DNA from: Bacteroidales bacterium
GTDB lineage: Bacteria; Bacteroidota; Bacteroidia; Bacteroidales; VadinHA17
Reading direction: 5' to 3'
NCBI GenBank assembly: GCA_029932855.1
Contig: JAOZPG010000011.1
Span: 29,854 to 93,853, forward strand
Length of the DNA: 64,000 nucleotides
How positions within the stretch are numbered: the first letter of the stretch is position 1; every line of letters starts with the position of its first letter. The translations under genes and the position numbers were made by a program. Under the pieces are notes generated by a model that searched no databases, had not been told where the DNA came from, and saw nothing but the letters and a program-made list of their open reading frames with translations. Shown here one piece after another: positions 55,291 to 64,000 of this stretch.

Positions 55291-56958
55291 ATGAGCAACT
55301 CAGGAAATAACAAGAGATCTCCATGGTCATGGATACCCTCGCTCTATTTTGCCGAGGGAATACCCTATATCATTGTGATGTTCGTTGCCAGCGACATGTT
55401 TAAAACACTTGGTGTCTCCAACAGCAAGCTGGCCTTTTGGACCAGTATATTATACCTGCCATGGGTAATAAAACCATTTTGGAGTCCATTTATTGATATC
55501 TATTATACAAAACGTAAATGGATAGTATGGATGCAGCTGGGACTGGCTCTGTCATTCTTCGGCGTCTCCCTGTCACTGCAAACACCCTGGTGGTTCACAT
55601 TAAGCCTTGCCTTCCTGTGGCTCATGGCCCTTGAATCCTCTACCCACGACATTGCTGCCGATGGTTTTTACATGCTTGCCCTGAATGAACATAAGCAGGC
55701 TTTTTTCAGTGGTATAAGATCTACCTTTTACCGTATGGCAATGATTGCCGGGCTGGGACTTCTTGTAATTTTAACCGGACTAATACTCGATAAAACGGGA
55801 CTTGAAACAGTAAGTATAGAGATTGAGTTGAGTGAGCAGCCTGCTATGCTTGAAACCTTCGATATAAACAACATTTCTATTGAAGCTACAGGCGGTGAGA
55901 CTCCAAAGATACTTCATTACCCTGAAAAGGTGCAGCTTAACCTGGATAAGACAGGCCAGGCTGATTCAACAATAATCTACTTTGTATTATCTGCCCCCCC
56001 CGGAGAAGATGAAGAGATAAAGATGAATTTCGGACATAAAAAAGGGAGCAAGGACATATACCTGGCCAGCAATGGTAATTTTGTATTTACCAGCGAGAAC
56101 TGGAACATCCCCGTATCGGCTGTGATAAAATATAAACCGGGTATTAAGGAAGCTACAAAGGCAAGTTTTGATGCCAAGGCAGGAAATGTTCCTTTTAGCT
56201 GGGCTGTTTCAATAGGCTTCCTGGGATTATTGTTCCTGGTATTCGCCATCTATCATAGTTTCATTCTTCCCCGCCCTGAAGCAGGTGAAAAGAAAACTAA
56301 GCGGTCAGATGCCTCATACTGGCATGTTTTAAAAACATTCTTCACTAATAAAGATATTGTTCCTGCAATTGCCTTCCTCCTCTTTTACCGCTTTGCTGAA
56401 TCCCAGCTTTCAAAGATGGCTTCTCCCTTCCTGCTTGATACAAGGGAAAACGGGGGACTGGCCCTTTCCCTTACCGAAAAAGGAGTCGCCTATGGAACGG
56501 TCGGACTAATAGCTTTGCTGATAGGTGGTGTACTTGGTGGCATACTTGCTTCAAAACACGGATTAAAGAAATGGATATGGTGGATGGCTGTGGGCATTAA
56601 CCTGCCAAACCTGGTTTATATATTCCTGTCATATGCACAACCTGATAATTTTGTTATCGTTAATATATGCATAGCCATAGAACAATTCGGATATGGATTT
56701 GGATTTACGGCATACATGCTTTACATGTTATACATTTCAGGACAAGGAGAATATAAGACTGCCCATTTTGCAATTACTACCGGCTTTATGGCCCTGGGGA
56801 TGATGATACCCGGAATGATAAGTGGTACCATACAGGAAGCCCTGGGTTACCAGCACTTTTTCATTTACGTTATCATGTGTACCATTCCAAGCTTTATCGC
56901 CCTGTGGTTTGTTAAAATAGATCCGGCCTTTGGCATAAAAAAGAAACATGCAAACTAA
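55291..56958 (+). CDS. ampG: AmpG-family MFS muropeptide permease with ~135-aa extra-membrane insert
   Basis: N-terminal YFAEGIPYIIV, WSPFID and THDIAADGFY blocks are typical of AmpG. A hydrophilic insert (residues ~167-302, nt 55789-56196) lies between TM5 and TM6. Confidence 0.7.
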   Translation: MSNSGNNKRSPWSWIPSLYFAEGIPYIIVMFVASDMFKTLGVSNSKLAFWTSILYLPWVIKPFWSPFIDIYYTKRKWIVWMQLGLALSFFGVSLSLQTPWWFTLSLAFLWLMALESSTHDIAADGFYMLALNEHKQAFFSGIRSTFYRMAMIAGLGLLVILTGLILDKTGLETVSIEIELSEQPAMLETFDINNISIEATGGETPKILHYPEKVQLNLDKTGQADSTIIYFVLSAPPGEDEEIKMNFGHKKGSKDIYLASNGNFVFTSENWNIPVSAVIKYKPGIKEATKASFDAKAGNVPFSWAVSIGFLGLLFLVFAIYHSFILPRPEAGEKKTKRSDASYWHVLKTFFTNKDIVPAIAFLLFYRFAESQLSKMASPFLLDTRENGGLALSLTEKGVAYGTVGLIALLIGGVLGGILASKHGLKKWIWWMAVGINLPNLVYIFLSYAQPDNFVIVNICIAIEQFGYGFGFTAYMLYMLYISGQGEYKTAHFAITTGFMALGMMIPGMISGTIQEALGYQHFFIYVIMCTIPSFIALWFVKIDPAFGIKKKHAN

Positions 56959-58264
56959 TAGTTTTACATATAAAATGATCAATAAAGTATTTCTATCCCG
57001 GATGGCTATGTTATCATTGGCTTTAATGACTGTAATCCCGGCCATGCCTGCCTGCCGGGCCGCTAACATCATAGGGCCTGCTTTGTCACAAACCAAAGTT
57101 AAAACAGGCATAGAGGTCCTCAGGGAAGATGGCTTTAAGATTCTGCAGGGCAAAAAAGTAGGTCTTATCACTAACCAGACAGGGGTTGACAGTAAACTAA
57201 GAACTACAATAGACATACTTTATAATGCTCCGGGCCTTGAGCTGGTAGCCCTGTTTGGTCCCGAACACGGGGTAAGGGGAGATTCTCCTGCAGGAGAATA
57301 TGTTGAATCATATACTGATGAAAAGACGGGACTTCCTGTTTACTCACTCTATGGAAAAACCAGGAAGCCAACTGAGAAAATGCTTGAAGGCATTGATGTT
57401 CTGGTATATGATATTCAGGATATTGGAGTACGTTCATACACCTATATAAGTACCATGGGCTATACCATGGAAGCAGCAGCGCAGCATGGTATAGAATATG
57501 TAGTACTGGACAGACCCAACCCCCTTGGAGGATATAAGATTGAAGGCTCCCCGGTTAAGGAAGGATTCTTTTCAATGGTAAGTGCCTACCCTATTCCATA
57601 CGTTTATGGCCTTACATGTGGTGAACTGGCAAAATTATATGTTGAAGAAAAACTCTTAAACAGCCAAAAGAGATGCAATCTGAGTGTTGTGGCAATGAAG
57701 GGCTGGCATAGAAACATGAATTATAAGGATACAGGACTGCCCTGGGTACTGTCATCTCCACACCTGCCAAATCCTGAGACTGCTGCGGCTTATGTTGCAA
57801 CAGGAGTAATGGGTGAGCTGTTCGTATTTTCTGAAGGTGTAGGATATACCCTCCCTTTCCAGCTCTATGCTGCCGAATGGATAGATCAGTTCAAGCTGGC
57901 AGAAGCAATGAATGATCTCGGCATGGAAGGTGTTATGTTCAGGCCACTGCAGTTTAAACCATACTACGGAAGGGACAAGGCTAAAGAACTGCACGGAGTA
58001 CAGATATATATAAGCGATGCTGCTAAAGTAAACCTTATGTCTCTTCAATTCAGGTTTATGGAGGTTCATCATAATTTATACCCCGGTATAGATGTACTTG
58101 AACTGTCGAAAAAAAGGCATAATATGTTTGATAAGGTTACCGGGTCATCTGAAATAAGGGAAACTTTCTTTAAGAATTATCTCTATGACGATATTAAGGA
58201 ACTACTGAATGAAGGTGTAGATGAGTTCAGACAGATCTCAAAACAATATTATCTGTATAAGTAA
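56948..58264 (+). CDS. namZ: DUF1343 protein, exo-beta-N-acetylmuramidase (NamZ/YbbC-like)
   Basis: KVGLITNQTGVD, FGPEHG, DIQDIGVR and VLDRPNP blocks of DUF1343. Signal-anchor/lipoprotein-like N-terminus. Overlaps ampG by 11 nt; later in-frame Met codons exist. Confidence 0.75.
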   Translation: MQTNSFTYKMINKVFLSRMAMLSLALMTVIPAMPACRAANIIGPALSQTKVKTGIEVLREDGFKILQGKKVGLITNQTGVDSKLRTTIDILYNAPGLELVALFGPEHGVRGDSPAGEYVESYTDEKTGLPVYSLYGKTRKPTEKMLEGIDVLVYDIQDIGVRSYTYISTMGYTMEAAAQHGIEYVVLDRPNPLGGYKIEGSPVKEGFFSMVSAYPIPYVYGLTCGELAKLYVEEKLLNSQKRCNLSVVAMKGWHRNMNYKDTGLPWVLSSPHLPNPETAAAYVATGVMGELFVFSEGVGYTLPFQLYAAEWIDQFKLAEAMNDLGMEGVMFRPLQFKPYYGRDKAKELHGVQIYISDAAKVNLMSLQFRFMEVHHNLYPGIDVLELSKKRHNMFDKVTGSSEIRETFFKNYLYDDIKELLNEGVDEFRQISKQYYLYK

Positions 58265-58328
58265 GGATACTATACAGAAATTTATAGCTAATTTTATTCT
58301 ATATATATCATAGTAAATACCTGTTCCT

Positions 58329-61300
58329 ATGAAAAACTCACTCCTGGGAATTATTATTCCTGTAATAATACTCTCAGCATTAATCAGCCAGCCTGCCTGG
58401 TCGCAAAAAAATGACAAGCTGCTGCATAAAGCAGAAAAAAAACTGAACTTACTGGAATTACCGTCTAATCTGAAGATTGATTCCATAATTGTCTCCCCCG
58501 GCGAACAAAAGATACAGCTGCTTTTCAGCAAGTCCCTCTCCTATCTTCCGGTTCGCGAGAACAGCATAATGGAACTTAACAAGTCCATTACAAGTCAGCT
58601 TGGAAGAACATTCAGAAACTACCAAATAGAGATAATTACTGGCGGGCATATTATTTCAGACCTGGTACCCAATATTTACAGGGATAAACTGGCAAAAGAT
58701 TCAAGCCGTCTGTCTGCTTCGGAGACCAACCGGCCTGCTTTTATTAGCAGGCAGGACAGAGAACAATATAAGCAGGGGCTTGATAAGAAAAATATTGTCA
58801 TCTGGCACAGTCACGGATGGTATTATGAATCAAAACTCGACAGGTGGGAATGGCAGAGAGCCAGGCTTCATTCAACTGTAGAAGATATATATCCCATGGG
58901 CTATGTGCTTCCCTATATTGCCCCCATGCTTGAAAATGCTGGAGCAACCGTATTTATCCCCAGGGAGAGGGATATTCAGCTAAATGAAGTAATTGTTGAC
59001 AATGATCTTTCAACAGGAAGGTCTGAGATTACTGCCTTGGAAATCGTTCCTGATACAATGCAGCCGGGATTTTTATGGAAAGACACATTATTTAATAACG
59101 ATAACCCTTTCAGGCTGGGCAGTTACCTTCAATTAGAAGCATCATCACATGGCTCGCTGACATATATTCCCGACATTCCAGAAGACGGGGAATATGCCGT
59201 TTATATTAGTTATGCTGAGACCGGCAATAATACAGACAATGCCGGCTACCTGGTAAATTATTCCGGTGGACATGCCATATTCAGGGTAAACCAGCAAATG
59301 GGAGCCGGAACATGGATATATCTTGGAACATTTTATTTTAAGAAAGGAAAATATCCGGAAACCGCTTCTGTTGTAGTTTCAGCCGGATCCGGATCCGGCA
59401 TCTTAAGTTCCGATGCCATAAAATTTGGAGGAGGAATGGGAAATATTGTACGCAGACCTTCGAAAGAACTAATAAACAACCGGCAGTCTTCAAAAAAGGA
59501 ACAAAGTCCGGCTGATGACAATACAGGGATTGATCCTGATCTGTTTGACTGGAAGCTAAGCAATAAACCAAGGTATATGGAAGCTGCCAGATATTTCCTG
59601 CAATATTCCGGAATGCCTGATTCTATTGTATATAGCTTAAACAATTTTAAGAATGATTATAACGATGATTACCAGTCCCGTGGAGAATGGGTTGATTACC
59701 TGATGGGCTCTCCTAATGGTCCCTCCGGCCATCGTAATGTAAAAGGGCTTGGTATTCCTGTTGACCTTTCCATGGCTTTTCATACCGACGCAGGGATCCT
59801 TAAAAAAGACTCAATCGTTGGTACACTTGCGATATACAGTTCGGATACAGATGAGGGGCATTTCCCAAATGGCCAGTCAAAATTAGCCAGCAGGGACCTG
59901 GCAGACATTCTCCAGTCGCAAATAGTTAAAGACCTGAGACAAACATTCAGGAAAGACTGGACAAGAAGGGGCTTATGGGATAAGCAGTACTCAGAGGCAT
60001 ACAGACCAAATGTTCCTACAATGTTGCTCGAGCTGCTCTCACATCAGAATCTTGCCGATATGAGCTACGGTCTCGATCCCAGGTTCAGATTTACAGTCAG
60101 CAGGTCCATATATAAAGGCATGTTGCGTTTCCTGGCATTCCAGGAAGGTAAAGAATATATTGTCCAGCCACTGGCAGTTAATAATTTCTCTATCACCAGC
60201 CGGGGTGGCAAATCTGTTAGGCTTAGCTGGTCGCCTGTCCCCGATCCGCTTGAACCAACTGCTATTCCCAATAGTTACAGGCTTTATACCCGCAGGGGCA
60301 AACAGGGTTTTGACCAGGGTATAATTGTAAATGATACAACTATCAGCCTTGAGCTTGAGAAGTACAATGAGATATACAGCTTTAAGATCACTGCTGTAAA
60401 TGAGGGTGGTGAGAGCTTCCCTTCGGAAGTACTTTCTGCAGGATTTGTAGAAAACACCGGAAAAACAGCACTTGTTGTAAATGCTTTTGATCGTATTTCG
60501 GGACCTACAATTATTGATGGCAGTGAAGTCTCGGGAGTGGCAATGTGGGATGACCAGGGAGTGCCATATATCAGGGATGTAGGACAAACAGGTATGGTTT
60601 ACGATTTCAGGAGAAAATCGCCCTGGCTTGATGATGATAATCCTGGCTGGGGAGCCAGCTATGCAAATGATGAGGGAAAAATCATTCCCGGAAACACTTT
60701 CGATTTTACTATTTTACATGGTGAAGCAATTATGGCTTCAGGCATATCTTTTATTTCAACAAGTGACGAGGCATTTGAGAGATCAAATACAAAGGGGCAA
60801 CAGTTCTCTTTTGTTGATATCATATTTGGAGAAGAAAAATCAACGCCCGGACTGTCTGATAATAACATACCGGCCTTCCGGGTGTTTACACCGGGGATAA
60901 TATCAAGAATAAAGGAAATTGCAGATGATGGAGGAAATATTTTTATAAGCGGGGCCTATATAGCCTCAGATCATATTATCAGTAAGGATACTATAACTGC
61001 AAAATTTGCTGAAGAAGTTCTGCATTATAAATGGCGTACAAACCATGCAGTTGCAACAGGCAAATTTTATGCAACAGATTATGCCAGATCTGTACTTAAA
61101 GGCAACTGGGAGTTTAATACTGCTTATAACCCCACGATCTATACCGTTGAAGCCCCTGATGCTATTGAGCCTGCCGGAGAGGGAGCAATTACCGCTTTCC
61201 GCTATACAGAGAACAATACCAGTGCCGGAGTCTTATATAATGGCTTATATAAAACAGTTATCCTGGGCTTTCCTTTTGAAACAATTCCTGAAAAAGACCA

Positions 61301-61349
61301 GCGCTTGGATTTAATGACACAGCTGCTTGATTTCTTTCTTAAGCAGTAA
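58329..61349 (+). CDS. 1006-aa exported multidomain protein: split MurNAc-L-Ala amidase (Amidase_3)-like fold + golvesin-C-like insert + FN3 + unknown C-terminal domain
   Basis: Signal peptide. VIWHSHGWYYES...ATVFIPRERD and, ~330 aa later, SMAFHTDAG...PTMLLELLSHQN resemble the two halves of the Zn amidase_3 fold. The insert GEYAVYISY...GYLVNYSGGHAIFRVNQQMGAGTWIYLGTFYFKKG...SSDAIKFGG is golvesin-C-like. The FN3-like region reads VRLSWSPVPD...YSFKITAVNEGGES. Domain calls are from pattern memory. Confidence 0.5.
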   Translation: MKNSLLGIIIPVIILSALISQPAWSQKNDKLLHKAEKKLNLLELPSNLKIDSIIVSPGEQKIQLLFSKSLSYLPVRENSIMELNKSITSQLGRTFRNYQIEIITGGHIISDLVPNIYRDKLAKDSSRLSASETNRPAFISRQDREQYKQGLDKKNIVIWHSHGWYYESKLDRWEWQRARLHSTVEDIYPMGYVLPYIAPMLENAGATVFIPRERDIQLNEVIVDNDLSTGRSEITALEIVPDTMQPGFLWKDTLFNNDNPFRLGSYLQLEASSHGSLTYIPDIPEDGEYAVYISYAETGNNTDNAGYLVNYSGGHAIFRVNQQMGAGTWIYLGTFYFKKGKYPETASVVVSAGSGSGILSSDAIKFGGGMGNIVRRPSKELINNRQSSKKEQSPADDNTGIDPDLFDWKLSNKPRYMEAARYFLQYSGMPDSIVYSLNNFKNDYNDDYQSRGEWVDYLMGSPNGPSGHRNVKGLGIPVDLSMAFHTDAGILKKDSIVGTLAIYSSDTDEGHFPNGQSKLASRDLADILQSQIVKDLRQTFRKDWTRRGLWDKQYSEAYRPNVPTMLLELLSHQNLADMSYGLDPRFRFTVSRSIYKGMLRFLAFQEGKEYIVQPLAVNNFSITSRGGKSVRLSWSPVPDPLEPTAIPNSYRLYTRRGKQGFDQGIIVNDTTISLELEKYNEIYSFKITAVNEGGESFPSEVLSAGFVENTGKTALVVNAFDRISGPTIIDGSEVSGVAMWDDQGVPYIRDVGQTGMVYDFRRKSPWLDDDNPGWGASYANDEGKIIPGNTFDFTILHGEAIMASGISFISTSDEAFERSNTKGQQFSFVDIIFGEEKSTPGLSDNNIPAFRVFTPGIISRIKEIADDGGNIFISGAYIASDHIISKDTITAKFAEEVLHYKWRTNHAVATGKFYATDYARSVLKGNWEFNTAYNPTIYTVEAPDAIEPAGEGAITAFRYTENNTSAGVLYNGLYKTVILGFPFETIPEKDQRLDLMTQLLDFFLKQ

Positions 61350-61655
61350 ATCCAGCAAAACATTTATTCTATCTGCTCAGACTCCATCTTTGTATCAATA
61401 TTGATCCTGACCAGACAGACAATGTCAGAGAGAACACCCCTAACAGTATTAGCAAGCTGTACCATAAAGTAAGATAATTATCTAGCCAGTAACTCCTTTT
61501 AGTAAGCCTGGTATATCTGGCATAGCCGATCCGGTACTTATTGGGAACCAATAAGCTCTAAACACCTGATCCACAATCAATAAACAAAGACATTGTCATA
61601 AATATTCTTAAGTGTAAAAAGCAGGCATAAAAGCATTGTTGTTTATTATAATTTG

Positions 61656-61663
61656 TACTTTTG
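61656..61663 (+). promoter_or_regulatory. Candidate -7 box (TACTTTTG) for icd
   Basis: Matches TAnnTTTG, 72 nt upstream of the ATG at 61735. Only a weak TTG lies upstream. Confidence 0.3.
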
Positions 61664-61734
61664 TATATTCCTGAATGGAAAAATAAGAAAGATAAATATC
61701 AAACCAAAAATCAACCTATAAAAGAAATAGAATC

Positions 61735-63957
61735 ATGAAAGATGCGAAAATAACCTGGACAAAAATTGATGAGGCTCCGGCTTTGGCAACATATTCACTA
61801 TTACCAATAGTAAATGCTTTTACAAATGCCGCTGGAATAACTGTTGAGACAAGGGATATTTCGCTGGCAGCAAGGATTCTTTCAACTTTTCCTGAATATC
61901 TAAAAAATGATCAAAAGATAAATGATGAACTTTCTCTGTTGGGAGATCTTGTACAAAAGCCGGAAGCAAATATTATAAAACTTCCTAATATCAGTGCCTC
62001 AATTCCTCAGTTAAAGGCTGCTATTGCCGAACTTCAGTCAAAGGGCTATAAGCTGCCCGATTACCCCGAAGAACCAAAAAACAAAGAAGAGGAAGAGATA
62101 AAAGCAAGATATGCAAAATGTCTGGGCAGTGCTGTAAACCCTATATTACGTGAAGGAAATTCCGATCGCCGCGTAGCACCGTCAGTAAAGGCATATGCCA
62201 TGAAGAACCCAAAGAAACTTGGTGAATGGACTCCCGATTCAAAGACACATGTAGCATACATGAAGGATAATGATTTCTATGGCAATGAGAAATCCGTTAT
62301 AATGGATAAGGATGATAGCGTTGACTGGGAATTCACAGATAAGAATGGTAAAGTTACAGTTTTAAAAAAGGGGCTTCCCCTTGTTAAAGATGAAGTACTC
62401 GATGGTACATTTATGAGTGCGAAAGCATTACGTTCCTTTATTGCCGAACAGATTGATGATGCCAGGAAAAACAACACCTTGTTCTCAGTACATTTGAAAG
62501 CTACAATGATGAAGGTCTCCGATCCAATTATTTTTGGAAACTTTGTGTCGGTTTATTTTAAGGATGTATTTGATAAGCATGCAGATACATTTAAAGAACT
62601 TGGTATAGTACCAGATATGGGTTTGGGAGACTTATACAAAAAGATAAGCAATCTTGACCAGGCTAAACGCAAAGAGATCGAAGAAGATATTCAGGCAGTT
62701 TATGATAAAAACCCTGCACTTGCAATGGTGGATTCAGATAAAGGAATAACAAATCTTCATGCAAGTAATGATATCATTATAGATGCTTCTATGCCTAATG
62801 TAATCCGCGACAGTGGAAAAATGTGGAATGCAGATGGAAAGCTTCAGGACACAAAAGCTGTAATACCAGACAGGTGTTACTCTACATTTTACCAGGAAGG
62901 AATTGAGTTCTGTAAAGAAAATGGTGCTTTTGACCCTGCAAAAATGGGTAATGTTTCCAATGTTGGATTAATGGCTAAGAAAGCAGAAGAATATGGTTCA
63001 CATGATAAGACTTTTAAAGTTCCCGGAGACGGTACAATAAGGATAGTAAACAGTAAGGGAGATATATTAATGGAACATGAAGTCGAAAAAGACGACATCT
63101 TTCGCAGCTGCCAGACAAAAGATGTTGCTATTCGCGACTGGGTAAAACTTGCTATAAACAGAGCACGTGCCACAGGCAATCCTGCTATTTTCTGGCTTGA
63201 TGAAAACCGCGCACACGACAGTAAGTTAATTGCACTTGTAAATAATTATCTTAAAGATTATGATACTAAAGGTCTTGAGATCAAGATAATGGATCCTGTT
63301 AATGCAATGAGATTCACCCTTGAAAGATCAAAGGCCGGAAAGGATACTATTTCTGTTACAGGTAATGCATTGAGGGATTATTTAACCGATCTGTTCCCCA
63401 TCCTTGAACTGGGTACCAGTGCAAAAATGTTGTCAATAGTTCCTCTTCTTGCAGGAGGAGGACTTTTTGAAACAGGTGCCGGCGGATCAGCTCCAAAGCA
63501 TGTTCAACAATTTCTTTCAGAAGGCCATTTAAGATGGGATTCACTTGGCGAATTCCTTGCATTGACAGTGTCGCTGGAGCATCTTGCAAATACTTATAAT
63601 AACGATGTTGCCCGGATACTTTCAACAAGTCTTGACAAAGCTGTTTCCAAATATCTTGATAATAAAAAAGGACCGTCACGCAAAGCAGGGGAAATAGATA
63701 ACCGTGGAAGCCAAATGTTCCTTGCTCAGTACTGGGCTGAGGAGCTGGCAATACAAAATGATAATGCAGAACTTAAAGCAAAATTCGAAGGTGTAGCTAA
63801 GCAATTAATAGAAAACGAAGAGAAAATACTTGCTGAGATTACAGCTGCTGAAGGAAAAGCGACTGATATTGGCGGATACTACCTGCCGGATGAAGAATTA
63901 GCTACAAAAGCAATGCGACCCAGTAAAACAATGAATACTATAATTGACAACATTTAA
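61735..63957 (+). CDS. icd: NADP-dependent isocitrate dehydrogenase, monomeric type
   Basis: 740 aa. The N-terminus [22 protein letters not shown] and the overall length are characteristic of the monomeric (~80 kDa) IDH family. Confidence 0.9.
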   Translation: MKDAKITWTKIDEAPALATYSLLPIVNAFTNAAGITVETRDISLAARILSTFPEYLKNDQKINDELSLLGDLVQKPEANIIKLPNISASIPQLKAAIAELQSKGYKLPDYPEEPKNKEEEEIKARYAKCLGSAVNPILREGNSDRRVAPSVKAYAMKNPKKLGEWTPDSKTHVAYMKDNDFYGNEKSVIMDKDDSVDWEFTDKNGKVTVLKKGLPLVKDEVLDGTFMSAKALRSFIAEQIDDARKNNTLFSVHLKATMMKVSDPIIFGNFVSVYFKDVFDKHADTFKELGIVPDMGLGDLYKKISNLDQAKRKEIEEDIQAVYDKNPALAMVDSDKGITNLHASNDIIIDASMPNVIRDSGKMWNADGKLQDTKAVIPDRCYSTFYQEGIEFCKENGAFDPAKMGNVSNVGLMAKKAEEYGSHDKTFKVPGDGTIRIVNSKGDILMEHEVEKDDIFRSCQTKDVAIRDWVKLAINRARATGNPAIFWLDENRAHDSKLIALVNNYLKDYDTKGLEIKIMDPVNAMRFTLERSKAGKDTISVTGNALRDYLTDLFPILELGTSAKMLSIVPLLAGGGLFETGAGGSAPKHVQQFLSEGHLRWDSLGEFLALTVSLEHLANTYNNDVARILSTSLDKAVSKYLDNKKGPSRKAGEIDNRGSQMFLAQYWAEELAIQNDNAELKAKFEGVAKQLIENEEKILAEITAAEGKATDIGGYYLPDEELATKAMRPSKTMNTIIDNI

Positions 63958-64000
63958 CTTTTTAATACTCGCGGAGATTAACCTGAGCTTGATAAACGAA

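Noticed and set aside
61369-61551. 60-aa minus-strand ORF in the gap upstream of icd
   Set aside because: It has no motif, a composition typical of random AT-rich sequence, and sits exactly at the length cutoff. It is probably non-coding promoter or leader DNA for icd.
1-64000. Numerous 60-205-aa ORFs antisense to or nested in long genes (e.g. 540-836, 2856-3473, 4536-4961, 7774-8139, 19998-20456, 30126-30617, 43072-43614, 46422-46850, 50248-50733, 56737-57216, 60039-60587)
   Set aside because: Each lies entirely within a longer ORF that has clear family motifs on the other strand or frame. Their sequences are low-complexity or Ser/Leu/Cys-rich, as expected of shadow ORFs.
1-64000. Scan for tRNA, rRNA, tmRNA, RNase P, SRP RNA, IS elements, integrases and CRISPR arrays
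   Set aside because: I saw no T-loop (GTTCGAATC-like) contexts, no RNase P GGAAAGTCC core, no transposase or integrase ORFs, and no spaced direct repeats. This was a by-eye scan and cannot exclude small or divergent RNAs.

Overview
Gene-dense 64-kb chromosomal segment of roughly 40% GC by eye. It looks like a Bacteroidota genome: one TTTG-N19-TAnnTTTG promoter, no obvious Shine-Dalgarno sites, DUF4136 and porin-type beta-barrel families, and a MurQ/AmpG/NamZ module. I saw no rRNA, tRNA, CRISPR array, transposase or integrase. Content in order:
(1) 1-8920: branched-chain amino acid supercluster ilvB(partial)-ilvN-ilvC-leuA-leuC-leuD-[second LeuA-family, CimA-like synthase]-leuB.
(2) 9358-16873: accessory-looking cluster with an RpiR/SIS regulator, an organophosphate:Pi-antiporter-type MFS, a GlpA-like FAD dehydrogenase with a BFD [2Fe-2S] tail, a NOX/TrxR-like flavoprotein, a secreted C45 Ntn-hydrolase, a truncated gene fragment and a PHP phosphatase.
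(3) 16911-21094 (minus): cytochrome b, then Rieske, then an octaheme cytochrome c fused to HEAT/TPR repeats.
(4) 21315-25552: DUF4136-like lipoprotein, small outer-membrane beta-barrels (one frameshifted), and trmD.
(5) 25605-27353: a 2-TM K+ channel pore fused to 19 perfectly in-register 12-residue repeats.
(6) 27376-37086: AddB-like nuclease, TIGR01212 radical SAM, AddA-like helicase-nuclease, murF and alr.
(7) 37087-39564: a 0.7-kb ORF-free gap, a GC-rich remnant of an outer-membrane efflux gene, rubrerythrin and a flavin reductase.
(8) mnmA and nhaA.
(9) 42502-61349: a ~19-kb peptidoglycan/MurNAc salvage island. It holds a MurU-like gene, an AmgK-like kinase fused to a RapZ C-terminal domain, an HGSNAT/DUF5009 protein, murQ, a GH3-like/beta-lactamase-fold fusion, an LpxD paralogue, a two-lobed GT2, a BadF-type sugar kinase, SpoIID/LytB, AmpG with a large insert, DUF1343/NamZ and a 1006-aa split amidase.
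(10) Monomeric isocitrate dehydrogenase.
The most interesting items are the AmgK-RapZ(CTD) fusion, the 12-residue-repeat K+ channel, the Rieske/cyt b/octaheme-TPR module, and the RpiR-OPA-flavoprotein-C45 cluster.
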